A DNA stretch of 64,000 nucleotides from an uncultured Acidobacteriota bacterium (GTDB lineage Bacteria > Acidobacteriota > Blastocatellia > RBC074), in the NCBI GenBank assembly GCA_963796275.1, contig CAWCKY010000003.1, positions 928,001-992,000 of the forward strand, read 5' to 3'. A model generated the notes under the pieces. The model was not told where the DNA came from. It saw only the letters and a list, made by a program, of their open reading frames with translations, and did not search any database. The position numbers and the translations under genes are program-made. Shown here piece by piece: positions 44,849 through 58,267 of this stretch (the stretch's first letter is position 1; every line of letters starts with the position of its first letter).

Positions 44849-45481
44849 ATTTGGTGGCGGCAGGCGTTTATGTTCCGGATCGTCGAGGTGAGGGCATCCG
44901 GGAACTTCGCGCCAGTACTTCTTGAGCCCCGGATAGTTGATCTCCTCCATTCCGATGCGCGAAGTGTAGAAACCGATGACTGTGTATTCGCGGATGAGTT
45001 GGAAGAAATCACGCCCATCCTCCTCACCTACACGGTGTCGACCCTTGTAAGCAAGATGAGTGAGCATTTCGATCTGCTCAGCTTCCGCCAGTTCACTGAA
45101 CCGGCTTCCGAATAGATAGCGCGAGTGAGCATCGACCCACTTGATCCCAGAGCGGAAGCGAAATTGCAGGCTCGGGTCGCTCAATACTATGAAGTCGATG
45201 AACTCGCTGACCCCCGCTTCACGCGCGCCCGGCGTGCCATCCGTCGGTATGATGAGTTCGCTGAGCCTCGCGATGATCTCGTATTCATCGATCGTGAAAA
45301 ACTGCGGTTTGTAAATCAACCCCGCCGGCGATTTCTGAAGCGCGGCCGGTTCGATGGGGTTACCGCCATTTTCATGGGAGAGAGCGAAAGCCCAATTCAC
45401 AAACCCTGGGAACCGGGCTGCACCAGATGCAAGCGATAGCGCGCGTAACATCTCACGCCGTTCCAGATTCTGGCCTGCCAT
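44846..45481 (-). CDS. Gluconate 2-dehydrogenase subunit 3 family protein (Tat-exported partner of the GMC enzyme)
   Basis: LERREML, LIIPTDGTPGAREAGVSEFID, GFYTSRIG. Confidence 0.92.
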   Translation of the reverse strand: MAGQNLERREMLRALSLASGAARFPGFVNWAFALSHENGGNPIEPAALQKSPAGLIYKPQFFTIDEYEIIARLSELIIPTDGTPGAREAGVSEFIDFIVLSDPSLQFRFRSGIKWVDAHSRYLFGSRFSELAEAEQIEMLTHLAYKGRHRVGEEDGRDFFQLIREYTVIGFYTSRIGMEEINYPGLKKYWREVPGCPHLDDPEHKRLPPPN

Positions 45482-45516
45482 GAGCGATCTCCGTCAATTT
45501 GATTTGGTTTCTGGTG

Positions 45517-45547
45517 TAGGAAAGCGTTTTCCGAAAGCGCTTTCCTA
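45517..45547. promoter_or_regulatory. Tandem LacI-family operators GGAAAGCGTTTTCC / CGAAAGCGCTTTCC
   Basis: CG-centred palindromes between the operon's putative promoter (TTGACA on minus strand at 45582-45587) and its first ATG; divergent LacI gene. Confidence 0.75.
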
Positions 45548-45591
45548 AAGGTTGAAAAACGGTATCACGGAGCCTAGAATCTGTCAATAAA

Positions 45592-45720
45592 CAGTTTTCA
45601 GTTTTCAGTCGGTTACGGAAGCATACGACTGAAGACTGAGACTGAAGACTGACAGAAGACTGAGACTAAAGACTTAAAAACTAAAAACTAAAAACTAAAA
45701 ACTAAAAACTGAAAACTGAA
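45592..45720. repeat. Heptamer tandem/inverted repeats ending at the LacI ATG
   Basis: CAGTTTT arm, GACTGAA/GACTGA units, then about 6 AAAACT(A/G) units. Confidence 0.85.
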
Positions 45721-46734
45721 ATGGGATATACAATGAAGGACGTGGCTGAGCGGGCGGGCGTATCGCTAGCTACCGTATCACACGTCTTGAATAAGACGCG
45801 ATACACGAGGCCGGAGACCGAGGGCAAGGTGCTCGCCGTCGTCGAAGAGCTCAACTATCACGCCAATGCACACGCACGGCGGCTGGCCATGAAGCAGACC
45901 GATCTTTTCGGGCTGGTTATCTCGGAGATCTCAAATCCCTTTTTCCCGGAGATCGTCAACGGTTTTCAGACGGCCGCATGGAAGGAGGGGTTCGATACTC
46001 TTCTTTGCAATACCGAGCACGACGCTACGCGGTCGACCAAGGCAATCCGCAATATGCTTCAGAGCAGCGTGCGAGGGGTGGCTGTTATGAGTTCGGCGCT
46101 CGACCGGAAAGCGGTCGAGCTTCTCAATGCATCGCGGATCGGCGTTGTTTTTTACAACCTCGGCCCCGCGGAAAAATTGATCAGCAACATACAGATCAAC
46201 TATTCGGCCGGTATTTCACAATCGATCGATCATCTTATGGAACTGGGGCACCGCGAGATCGCGGTTATCTCGGGGCCTCAGACCAACCGTACAGCGGTCA
46301 CTTTGCGAAAGGCCATCGTAGAGGAATTGCAGAACCGCCGCCTGCGCCCATTCCCGATCCTCGAAAGCAACTTCAAGGTCGATGGAGGCGCGTCTGCAGT
46401 TCGCGTAATTATCGCCCAATCCTCGATACCCACCGCAATCTTCTGCAGCAACGACCTGATCGCGATGGGCGCAATGAGCGCACTGGAAGAAGCGGGAGTA
46501 AAGGTGCCGGAAGACGTCTCCGTTGTGGGATTTGATGATATCTACTTTGCACGGTTGTCACGCCCGCCGCTCACCACCGTCCGCATTCCGCGGGAGCAAT
46601 TGGGCGAGCTGGCATTTAAAGCCTTGCACAAAATATCTTGCTCCAAGCGTCAAATGGGTATCAATTACCAGATCGAAACGGAACTGGTGATCCGCAAATC
46701 CACGGCTCCCCCGCCGCATAATCCAGGTAATTGA
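45721..46734 (+). CDS. LacI family transcriptional regulator
   Basis: TMKDVAERAGVSLATVSHVLN, NPFF, NDLIAMG, VSVVGFDD, PPLTT. Confidence 0.97.
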   Translation: MGYTMKDVAERAGVSLATVSHVLNKTRYTRPETEGKVLAVVEELNYHANAHARRLAMKQTDLFGLVISEISNPFFPEIVNGFQTAAWKEGFDTLLCNTEHDATRSTKAIRNMLQSSVRGVAVMSSALDRKAVELLNASRIGVVFYNLGPAEKLISNIQINYSAGISQSIDHLMELGHREIAVISGPQTNRTAVTLRKAIVEELQNRRLRPFPILESNFKVDGGASAVRVIIAQSSIPTAIFCSNDLIAMGAMSALEEAGVKVPEDVSVVGFDDIYFARLSRPPLTTVRIPREQLGELAFKALHKISCSKRQMGINYQIETELVIRKSTAPPPHNPGN

Positions 46735-47164
46735 TTAGTTTCGAAACTTCGGGTGACCTCAATGGGTTGGTTAAGAAACGCAGTTCACCGTATAGGTGTA
46801 TCTCTGAGATTTGACATGTCCGATTGGCTGACCGCCTCGGATTTTGTGGGTGAGGGTATTGGGAAAGCGCCGACGGCACGGGGATGGTTATAGCTCCCGT
46901 AAGTAAAGCTTGTGAGCTCCGTCAGGAGCTGCATAAAAGCATGCATATGCCGTCCCGCTTTAAACATCCCGCCCTGCTGTGAAATACATTGTTTACGATG
47001 CGGAGCCATCACTCCTGTGAGCCACTGTTATCTACACATCAGAGATATTCTGTGCCGTCTCCTGCCATCGAGGGCAAAATCAGAGTTGTAATCAGAGTTG
47101 AGTTGATACCAATGACTACCGAGCCCGGTGAATTTCTATCTCGTAAGAGAAAGTTTCAGTGAAG

Positions 47165-48601
47165 CTAAAACTCGAATCCCTTCCGATATTCTTTACACAT
47201 CTTCGGTGTTGGAACCGCCTTACCCGGGTTGCATAGGCCAAGAGGATTGAAAACATCTTTCACGGAGAGCATGGCGTCGAGCGATGATTGATTGAATATC
47301 AAGGGCATGTAATCGATCTTATCGGCGCCGACCCCGTGCTCTCCGGTGATCGACCCGCCCGCATCGACGCATAACTTCATTATCTCTCTGCTCGCGGCCA
47401 TGACCCGTGAAACTTCTTCTTCATCGCGCCCATCGAAGTTGATGTTCGGGTGCAGGTTGCCGTCGCCGGCGTGGAATACCGTCGAAAGGCGAAGCCCATA
47501 TTTCGCGCCGATAGTATAGAAACCGGCCAGAACTTCCGGCAATTTTGTACGAGGTACTACCGCATCCTGCACGAACAGATCAGGGCTGACGCGGCCCAGG
47601 GCGCCAAATGCCCCCTTACGTCCGGCCCAGAGCTTCTTGCGTTCGCCTTCGTCTCGCGCCTCGCGTACCGAACGGGCGCGGTTTTGCAGGCAAATCTCGC
47701 CGGCGCGCTTTGCCTGAGCTTCTAAACCCGCCCGCAATCCATCGAGCTCGACGATCAAACATGCTGCCGCGTCGCGCGGATAACCGGCGGAGTAAATCGA
47801 ATCCTCGACCGCGTTGATCGTCACTTTGTCTATCATTTCGAGCGCTGCCGGCAAAATTCCGGCGGCGATGATGGACGATACGGCGCGGCTCGCATCGTTG
47901 ATGTCGAGGAAATCGGCGAGCAGAGTGATGACGAATTGCGGCTGGCGGGTCAACCTGATGGTGATTTTGGTCGTGATTCCGAACGTTCCTTCGCTGCCGA
48001 CAAATGTTCCGACCAGGTCATACCCTATCGTGTCCGCGCCGTCTCCGCCCAGATTGATGACCTCGCCGGTAGGCAGCACGACTTCAAGCCCGAGAATATG
48101 GTTGGTGGTCGACCCGTATTTCAAGCAGTGCGGGCCGCCGGCATTTTCCGCCACATTACCGCCTATGGTGCAGGCGTTTTGCGAGGAAGGGTCGGGCGCG
48201 TAGTGATAACTGTGCTCAGCGACAGCCTGCGATAGTCTGATGTTGATCACACCCGGTTGCACGGTGGCGCGGCGATTCGCGTAATCGACTGCGAGTATGC
48301 GGTTCATCCGGGCCATTTCAATGGTGACCGAACGCTGATTCTCCTCGCATCCGAGGGCGAGCGCGCCGGAACTCAAGCCCGTGCCTGCACCGCGCGGTCC
48401 GAAGGGAATCCTGTTCTCGTAAAGCAATTTCACGACACGGGATGTCTCGTCGGTGTTTTGCGGAAAAACGACCGCCAGCGGGCGCGCTTTGTGCATTGCG
48501 ATCGCGTCGCATTCGTAAACCAACAGTTCGGATTCGTCGGCCGTTATGCCGTTTTTGCCGACAATCTCGCGCAATTGAGATATGATGCTATTTTCTCGCA
48601 T
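47165..48601 (-). CDS. glcD: FAD-linked oxidase, glycolate oxidase GlcD-like
   Basis: RGAGTGLSSG, YAPDPSS, TIGGNVAENAGG, GSEGTFG, HAGDGNLHP, TGEHGVG, NPGK. Confidence 0.88.
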   Translation of the reverse strand: MRENSIISQLREIVGKNGITADESELLVYECDAIAMHKARPLAVVFPQNTDETSRVVKLLYENRIPFGPRGAGTGLSSGALALGCEENQRSVTIEMARMNRILAVDYANRRATVQPGVINIRLSQAVAEHSYHYAPDPSSQNACTIGGNVAENAGGPHCLKYGSTTNHILGLEVVLPTGEVINLGGDGADTIGYDLVGTFVGSEGTFGITTKITIRLTRQPQFVITLLADFLDINDASRAVSSIIAAGILPAALEMIDKVTINAVEDSIYSAGYPRDAAACLIVELDGLRAGLEAQAKRAGEICLQNRARSVREARDEGERKKLWAGRKGAFGALGRVSPDLFVQDAVVPRTKLPEVLAGFYTIGAKYGLRLSTVFHAGDGNLHPNINFDGRDEEEVSRVMAASREIMKLCVDAGGSITGEHGVGADKIDYMPLIFNQSSLDAMLSVKDVFNPLGLCNPGKAVPTPKMCKEYRKGFEF

Positions 48602-48740
48602 AATGAACATGATAATCCATGTTTATCTATGTTGCTCTGTTCCATGGTTGATCATGGATGCTGAACTGGCGCATTATTTGCTTTCATCTGTTTTTGTTTC
48701 AGGGGATGGGGGCTGTTAGAATACTAATTGAACTCGCCTG

Positions 48741-49766
48741 ATGGCAAGTAATTTTATGGGAACGGAATCCACTTCAATTTTGTTGAAAGACAGTTATGGG
48801 CGTGCGATTCGAGACCTGCGCATCTCGATAACAGACCGCTGTAACTTCCGCTGTTTCTACTGCATGCCTAAGGAGGCGATGGAATGGCAGCCCAAGGCAG
48901 AGATCCTCAATTATGAAGAGATAGTTACCTTGACTGAAATTTTCGTCAAACTGGGTATCAACAAATTGCGGGTGACGGGTGGCGAACCAATGTTGCGGCG
49001 CGACGTCGAAAGCCTGATCTCACGTCTGGGGAAAATCGATGGCATCGAAGACCTGGCGATGACCACGAATGCGCATTTTTTGCGGGGACGCGCGCAAGGG
49101 TTGAGAGAGGCGGGATTGCAGCGAATCACGGTCAGCCTCGATTCGCTCACCCCTGATCGTTTTGCGCTACTGACGGGCAGAAATGAGCTGAGTCAGGTGT
49201 TAGAGGGTATAGACGCGGCGATCGAAGCTGGCTTGCAACCGGTCAAAGTCAATTGCGTTATGATTCGCGGGATCAACGACGATCAGGCGGAGAAGTTCGC
49301 CGAGTTCGCGCGGCAAAAAGGCGCTCAGGTGCGCTTCATCGAATTTATGCCTTTGGACAACGGGAAAATCTGGCGGCGCGAAATGGTCGTTCCGGGCGAA
49401 GATTTGAGAAAACGAATCCACGAGGTCTTTCCGCTGGAGCGGGTCAAATCGGAGAATCTGAGCGAGACGGCGCGCCGATGGCGATTTGCCGATGGCGCTC
49501 CCGGTGAAATCGGGTTTATCAACCCGGTCACCCAGCCGTTCTGCGGCCATTGCAGCCGCATCCGTTTGACCGCCGATGGGATGATCCGTACCTGTTTGTT
49601 CTCGACGGTCGAACACAGCATCAAGCGGTTGCTGCGCGAGGGGGCTACCCGCGATGAGTTGCGCGATTTCATTGTGGCTACGGTAGAGAAGAAAGAAGAG
49701 CGGCATCACATCAACGATCCCGAATTTGTGCAGCCGCTCAGAACGATGTCGTGTATCGGAGGCTGA
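48741..49766 (+). CDS. moaA: GTP 3',8-cyclase
   Basis: CNFRCFYC radical SAM motif, TGGEP, FIEFMP, FCGHCSRIR...CL, C-terminal IGG. Confidence 0.97.
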   Translation: MASNFMGTESTSILLKDSYGRAIRDLRISITDRCNFRCFYCMPKEAMEWQPKAEILNYEEIVTLTEIFVKLGINKLRVTGGEPMLRRDVESLISRLGKIDGIEDLAMTTNAHFLRGRAQGLREAGLQRITVSLDSLTPDRFALLTGRNELSQVLEGIDAAIEAGLQPVKVNCVMIRGINDDQAEKFAEFARQKGAQVRFIEFMPLDNGKIWRREMVVPGEDLRKRIHEVFPLERVKSENLSETARRWRFADGAPGEIGFINPVTQPFCGHCSRIRLTADGMIRTCLFSTVEHSIKRLLREGATRDELRDFIVATVEKKEERHHINDPEFVQPLRTMSCIGG

Positions 49767-50025
49767 AATTAAGGGCTGCCGAGATCAATCATTCCGGGCC
49801 TATCATCGTTTCCGTGATCGGTTCCGTTTCCCTGTTGAGCTACGAAACCGAGAGCTGGAGGATTATCGCGAGTCCGGGTCACATGGTTAGCACAGAAAAA
49901 GACTTACTCTGATGAAGAGTTATTTCAACCTCGTCGCTTTCTAAAACTCTCGATCAAGGTCAGAGATTGCCGCCGGTCAAATCCCGCAGCGAGGCGACGT
50001 AATAAGTAATTTTCATTTATTTATC

Positions 50026-52153
<2,128 letters not shown>

Positions 52154-52331
52154 AATGCCGGAAGCAATGCCGGGAGCGTACGGCGTGCGCTCCCGCACAT
52201 TTTAAGCAGAAGCTTTAGGGTAGAAGCTTTAGGATTGATACATGTAATGCCCCCAAATGCTTGCAATGCCCCGCTATCAGTTCCTCTCAAACTTAGCACA
52301 AATAAATATCAAAATATTAAGGAGAAAAATA

Positions 52332-52838
52332 ATGGCAACAGTTACATTCAAAGGCAACCCACTCACTTTGCAGGGCGAAGATGTGAAGACCGGTCAGGCG
52401 GCCCCCGATTTCAAAGGACAAAATGCCGCCGATCTGGGGGATTACACGCTCGCGACATCCGCGGGCAAGACGCGTATTTTCCTTTCAGTACCTTCGCTTG
52501 ATACGCCGGTCTGCGATGTGGAAACCCGGCGGTTCAACGAGGAGGCTGCCAAGCTCCCGGGAGTTGAGATCGTGTGTTTGAGTATGGATCTGCCATTTGC
52601 CCAGAAGCGATGGTGTGGCGCCGCGGGAGTCAGTAATGTCATCACGGTCAGCGATCACCGCGATGCGTCCTTCGGCAAGAACTATGGCGTGCTCGTAAAC
52701 GGGGGCCCTCTGGACCGACTGCATGCGCGCGCGGTCTTCGTTATCGGTCCTGATAACAAGATTAAATATGCCGAGTATGTGAAGGAGATTGCCGAACACC
52801 CGAATTACGAAGCTGCGCTTTCCGCCGCGAAAGCTTAG
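52332..52838 (+). CDS. tpx: Thiol peroxidase (atypical 2-Cys peroxiredoxin)
   Basis: VTFKGNP, VPSLDTPVC, SMDLPFAQKRWCGAAG, HPNYE; SD AAGGAG. Confidence 0.96.
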   Translation: MATVTFKGNPLTLQGEDVKTGQAAPDFKGQNAADLGDYTLATSAGKTRIFLSVPSLDTPVCDVETRRFNEEAAKLPGVEIVCLSMDLPFAQKRWCGAAGVSNVITVSDHRDASFGKNYGVLVNGGPLDRLHARAVFVIGPDNKIKYAEYVKEIAEHPNYEAALSAAKA

Positions 52839-52939
52839 GAGCGGGGGGACCGGGAGGTAGGGGGGGCGGGGACTCGGGTCGACAGCGGGAGACGGCATAT
52901 CGTTGCCCCGTTGCCTGCCCATTGCCCCGTCTCTTCGCC

Positions 52940-53389
52940 TCACCCTCCCTCGACCGGAACGCAGATAATGGGGATCTGCGCTCCGCGTAATACTTTTTCG
53001 GCAGTCGAGCCGAAGAGCAGGCCCTCGATAGAACCTTGTTTTTTGCCGCGAATACTCAGCACGATCATCTCGAAGTAAAGGTCGTTCGCGACGCGTAAAA
53101 TTTCGGCAAATGGATAACCGACGACGACCATCGTATCCACCTGAATTGTTGCGGATGGGGTTCGTTTGGCGATTTCTGCCAGGCTTTGCTCCGATTTATT
53201 CCGCAATTGCTCGATAGCGGTTTCGGCCTCGAGAAAACCCGCTTCATTGAGTTTAGCGATGAAATCCGAATCTATTACATGCAGCAGGCAGATTTCACCA
53301 TCTGGCTCGATTAATGAGAAAGCGAATTCAATCGCTCGTAAAGAGCCGGGGGAAAAGTCAACGGGCACAAGGATATCCTTGAATTGCAT
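52940..53389 (-). CDS. Universal stress protein
   Basis: ILVPVDFS, LLHV, LFGSTAEKVLR. Confidence 0.93.
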   Translation of the reverse strand: MQFKDILVPVDFSPGSLRAIEFAFSLIEPDGEICLLHVIDSDFIAKLNEAGFLEAETAIEQLRNKSEQSLAEIAKRTPSATIQVDTMVVVGYPFAEILRVANDLYFEMIVLSIRGKKQGSIEGLLFGSTAEKVLRGAQIPIICVPVEGG

Positions 53390-53467
53390 CTTCATCTCCT
53401 TTCTCCATTCGAGTTTCGAATCTATAATTAACAAACGGATGCAAGCTATATTTTTAGCTCAAATGGG

Positions 53468-55168
53468 ATGCAGAAGCGATATATAAAATTTGAAATCCTG
53501 CTTACAGCTCTCTTTGTCGCGAGCGCTGCCGATTCGGTCGCCCAACCGCTCAAGAGGCAACCGGATTCGCGGCCGGCCAAGGCACATATGCAGAGGGTGA
53601 GGGATCGTAAACCTTTCCCACCCTATCAGCGCGACCCGATACAACTGGTTAAGGAGTTCTACCTCGACGAGGACAGGAAAAAGCTCGCGTTCGATCTGGA
53701 ACTCGCTGTCGCGACAGCCTTGGGTGGAGACGCCTGGGGGAAACTCGACGAAAAGCAGCGAACAGCGGTGGCCAGGGCCTTTGAAATTAAGGTGAATGAG
53801 ATTCTGGAAGAATGGGATCCGGGAAATCTGACCAGCGTCCGCGTCCTGAGGAGCAGGATCAAAGATAATCAAGCCACGGTGATGGTCTTAAGGGACCTCG
53901 AATTGATTCGGTTCACGCTCGCGATGCGTAACGGATTGTGGTTCGTGACGGAACACGAGGTTGTCGATGATGCGCTTCCGGAATTCAGCGACACGATCCA
54001 GGGCGCGCTGCATCCTGGCACGGCCCGAGGACAGGCTTACCAACTGCCGACTGAGAGCGCGCTCAAATATCTTGATGGGTTGATTGCGGTTCAGGGCGAA
54101 AGCCCGCAGCTCCTGCTGCTCAAGTACCGGGTGCTCATATCTCAAAAAGTTGAAGAGGATACGGCGAGATCTGCGGAAGCGCTCCGGATAGCGCTGACCG
54201 GAAGGACTCAGGGGAATGTGAATCGTTTGAGGGAGCGCCGTGGGGTGGAGCTAGAGGATGATCGTGCGCACGAGTTGTTGCTCAAGATAAACAGCCGTTG
54301 GCCAGATTTCGCTCCCGGTTCTTTGGCTCTCGCTTTTGACCTTTTATATTACGGCAATGACGATGCGATTCTAAGTACGGTCAGCAAAAATGCAGAACGC
54401 GCCATCGCGCCGCTCGAGCATTACATCGAGCTCGTTCCTTACGACCCCCGGCCGTGGCGCGATCTGGCGCACGCCTATGCCTTGCTGGATAAAAACGATG
54501 AGGCCGAGCGGGCATTTCGGGCGGCCATCGAGCGGGACCCGACCTACCTCGACCATTACGCGACACTGATTGGCTTCCATTTATTGTGTGATGAGCTCGA
54601 GAAAGCGAAGGCGAGTTTCACCCAGATGCTGGGGGCAGCTTCTAGTCCTGATGAAGCATTCGAGTGGTTTCTCGACGACGAAGGATTCGATCCCGATTAT
54701 GCGGTGCTGCTGGAAAATTTACTCCTTTCATTTCCCAAGGAATTGGAAGGGAGCAGGGCGGGCATGGTTTTGCTAGCGAATGCGAGGGAAGCTCAAAATA
54801 GAACGGGAGAGGCGATCAAGGCTATGCAGAGCGCGGTTGCGATCGAGGGCGAGGCGGACGATTATGAATATCTATCCCAGCTTTATCGCCAGCAACAACG
54901 ATTCGTCGAAGCCTTGAACGCGGCAAATCTTGCGCTCAAATTGGATGACAAATCCGCATCGGCGCAATTCGAGCGCGCTTGTTCTCTCTCGCAGCTTGGG
55001 CGGAAACGCGAAGCGCTCGTGGCCTTGAAACAGATGATGGTGTTGGATCCGGAAATCATCTTCGATCCACAGGAGGCCGATCTGCAGCCTCTCGCAAACA
55101 TGCCTGAATTCAAGTCGATCAAAGAGAAATTGAAGGACGATCCCGAGGAAATGAATAAGAAGAGATGA
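53468..55168 (+). CDS. Secreted protein with MlaC/NTF2-like N-domain and TPR repeats
   Basis: Signal peptide; ALGGDAWGKLDEKQR resembles MlaC; TPR units (AIERDP, ALKLDD). Confidence 0.75.
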   Translation: MQKRYIKFEILLTALFVASAADSVAQPLKRQPDSRPAKAHMQRVRDRKPFPPYQRDPIQLVKEFYLDEDRKKLAFDLELAVATALGGDAWGKLDEKQRTAVARAFEIKVNEILEEWDPGNLTSVRVLRSRIKDNQATVMVLRDLELIRFTLAMRNGLWFVTEHEVVDDALPEFSDTIQGALHPGTARGQAYQLPTESALKYLDGLIAVQGESPQLLLLKYRVLISQKVEEDTARSAEALRIALTGRTQGNVNRLRERRGVELEDDRAHELLLKINSRWPDFAPGSLALAFDLLYYGNDDAILSTVSKNAERAIAPLEHYIELVPYDPRPWRDLAHAYALLDKNDEAERAFRAAIERDPTYLDHYATLIGFHLLCDELEKAKASFTQMLGAASSPDEAFEWFLDDEGFDPDYAVLLENLLLSFPKELEGSRAGMVLLANAREAQNRTGEAIKAMQSAVAIEGEADDYEYLSQLYRQQQRFVEALNAANLALKLDDKSASAQFERACSLSQLGRKREALVALKQMMVLDPEIIFDPQEADLQPLANMPEFKSIKEKLKDDPEEMNKKR

Positions 55169-55214
55169 CGAGAGGAGAGTTAGGGTAATTGATGCCTGCG
55201 CCGGAGAGTGAGAT

Positions 55215-55529
55215 ATGCCGAACTATGATCCAGAACTGGATGACGCGGTAATCACAGAAAGCAAGCAGAAGGTAGAAAAACCGCCGCTATATAAAGTTCT
55301 TTTGCATAACGATAATTACACGACGATGGATTTTGTCGTCGTCATTCTAATCACCGTCTTCCACCACTCGGAAGGCGATGCAATACGTATCATGCTGCAG
55401 GTTCACCATAAAGGCATGGGCGTAGCAGGCGTTTTTACTCATGAAATTGCCGAAACGAAGATCGCGCAGGTTACCGAACTCGCGAAAGAGCACGAATTCC
55501 CTCTCCTCTGCACGATGGAAGAGGAATGA
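55215..55529 (+). CDS. clpS: ATP-dependent Clp protease adaptor
   Basis: YKVLLHNDNYTTMDFVV, MLQVH, FPL. Confidence 0.97.
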   Translation: MPNYDPELDDAVITESKQKVEKPPLYKVLLHNDNYTTMDFVVVILITVFHHSEGDAIRIMLQVHHKGMGVAGVFTHEIAETKIAQVTELAKEHEFPLLCTMEEE

Positions 55530-55590
55530 ATGGGGCGGGTTCTGACTCCGGGCCCCACACCCAGGTGAATTCATATTCCTCCCAAAGCAT

Positions 55591-57855
<2,265 letters not shown>

Positions 57856-58267
57856 GAGCAGGCGTGTCAACTATCCGAGATGTGTGCGCCGTTCCGTATC
57901 GTTATTCACCACCAAGATCACAGAGAACTAATCTCCGCACTCCTCACGATGAAAATCGAATTTGAATCACGACCCAATGTATTGTAACTTCGTCCGGCTT
58001 GATGGTCACTGAGATAACCGGACAAACTCGCCTCCGGACACATTGTGGCTCGTCTATTTGCCCCGGCGTCCTTAGCATTGCAAGAACGCTGTCAAGAACC
58101 GTGCCGGATTTATCTGCCATCTTCAATTTCAGGTGATCTCGTTTGCCCAGATCGACGGACTTTACTATCATCACGCTTCAATTTAACCCTGTCCACCTAC
58201 ACTGCCCCGCTGTTTAGACATTGATAAAAATCTTGAACTTCACGGTCTACCGCTTAGGAGGTCCGAG

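Noticed and set aside
46785-47030. 75-aa minus-strand ORF and GCTCCGTCAGGAGC palindrome
   Set aside because: No recognisable domain; better explained as a decayed REP-like repeat (a similar GGAGCGACA/TGTCGCTCC pair lies at ~63290-63405)
49767-50025. Possible Moco riboswitch or other ncRNA after moaA
   Set aside because: It lies downstream rather than upstream of moaA and shows no consensus motifs, only weak stems
57944-58174. 76-aa ORF, possible IS-end remnant
   Set aside because: No transposase motifs, terminal repeats or target duplication found
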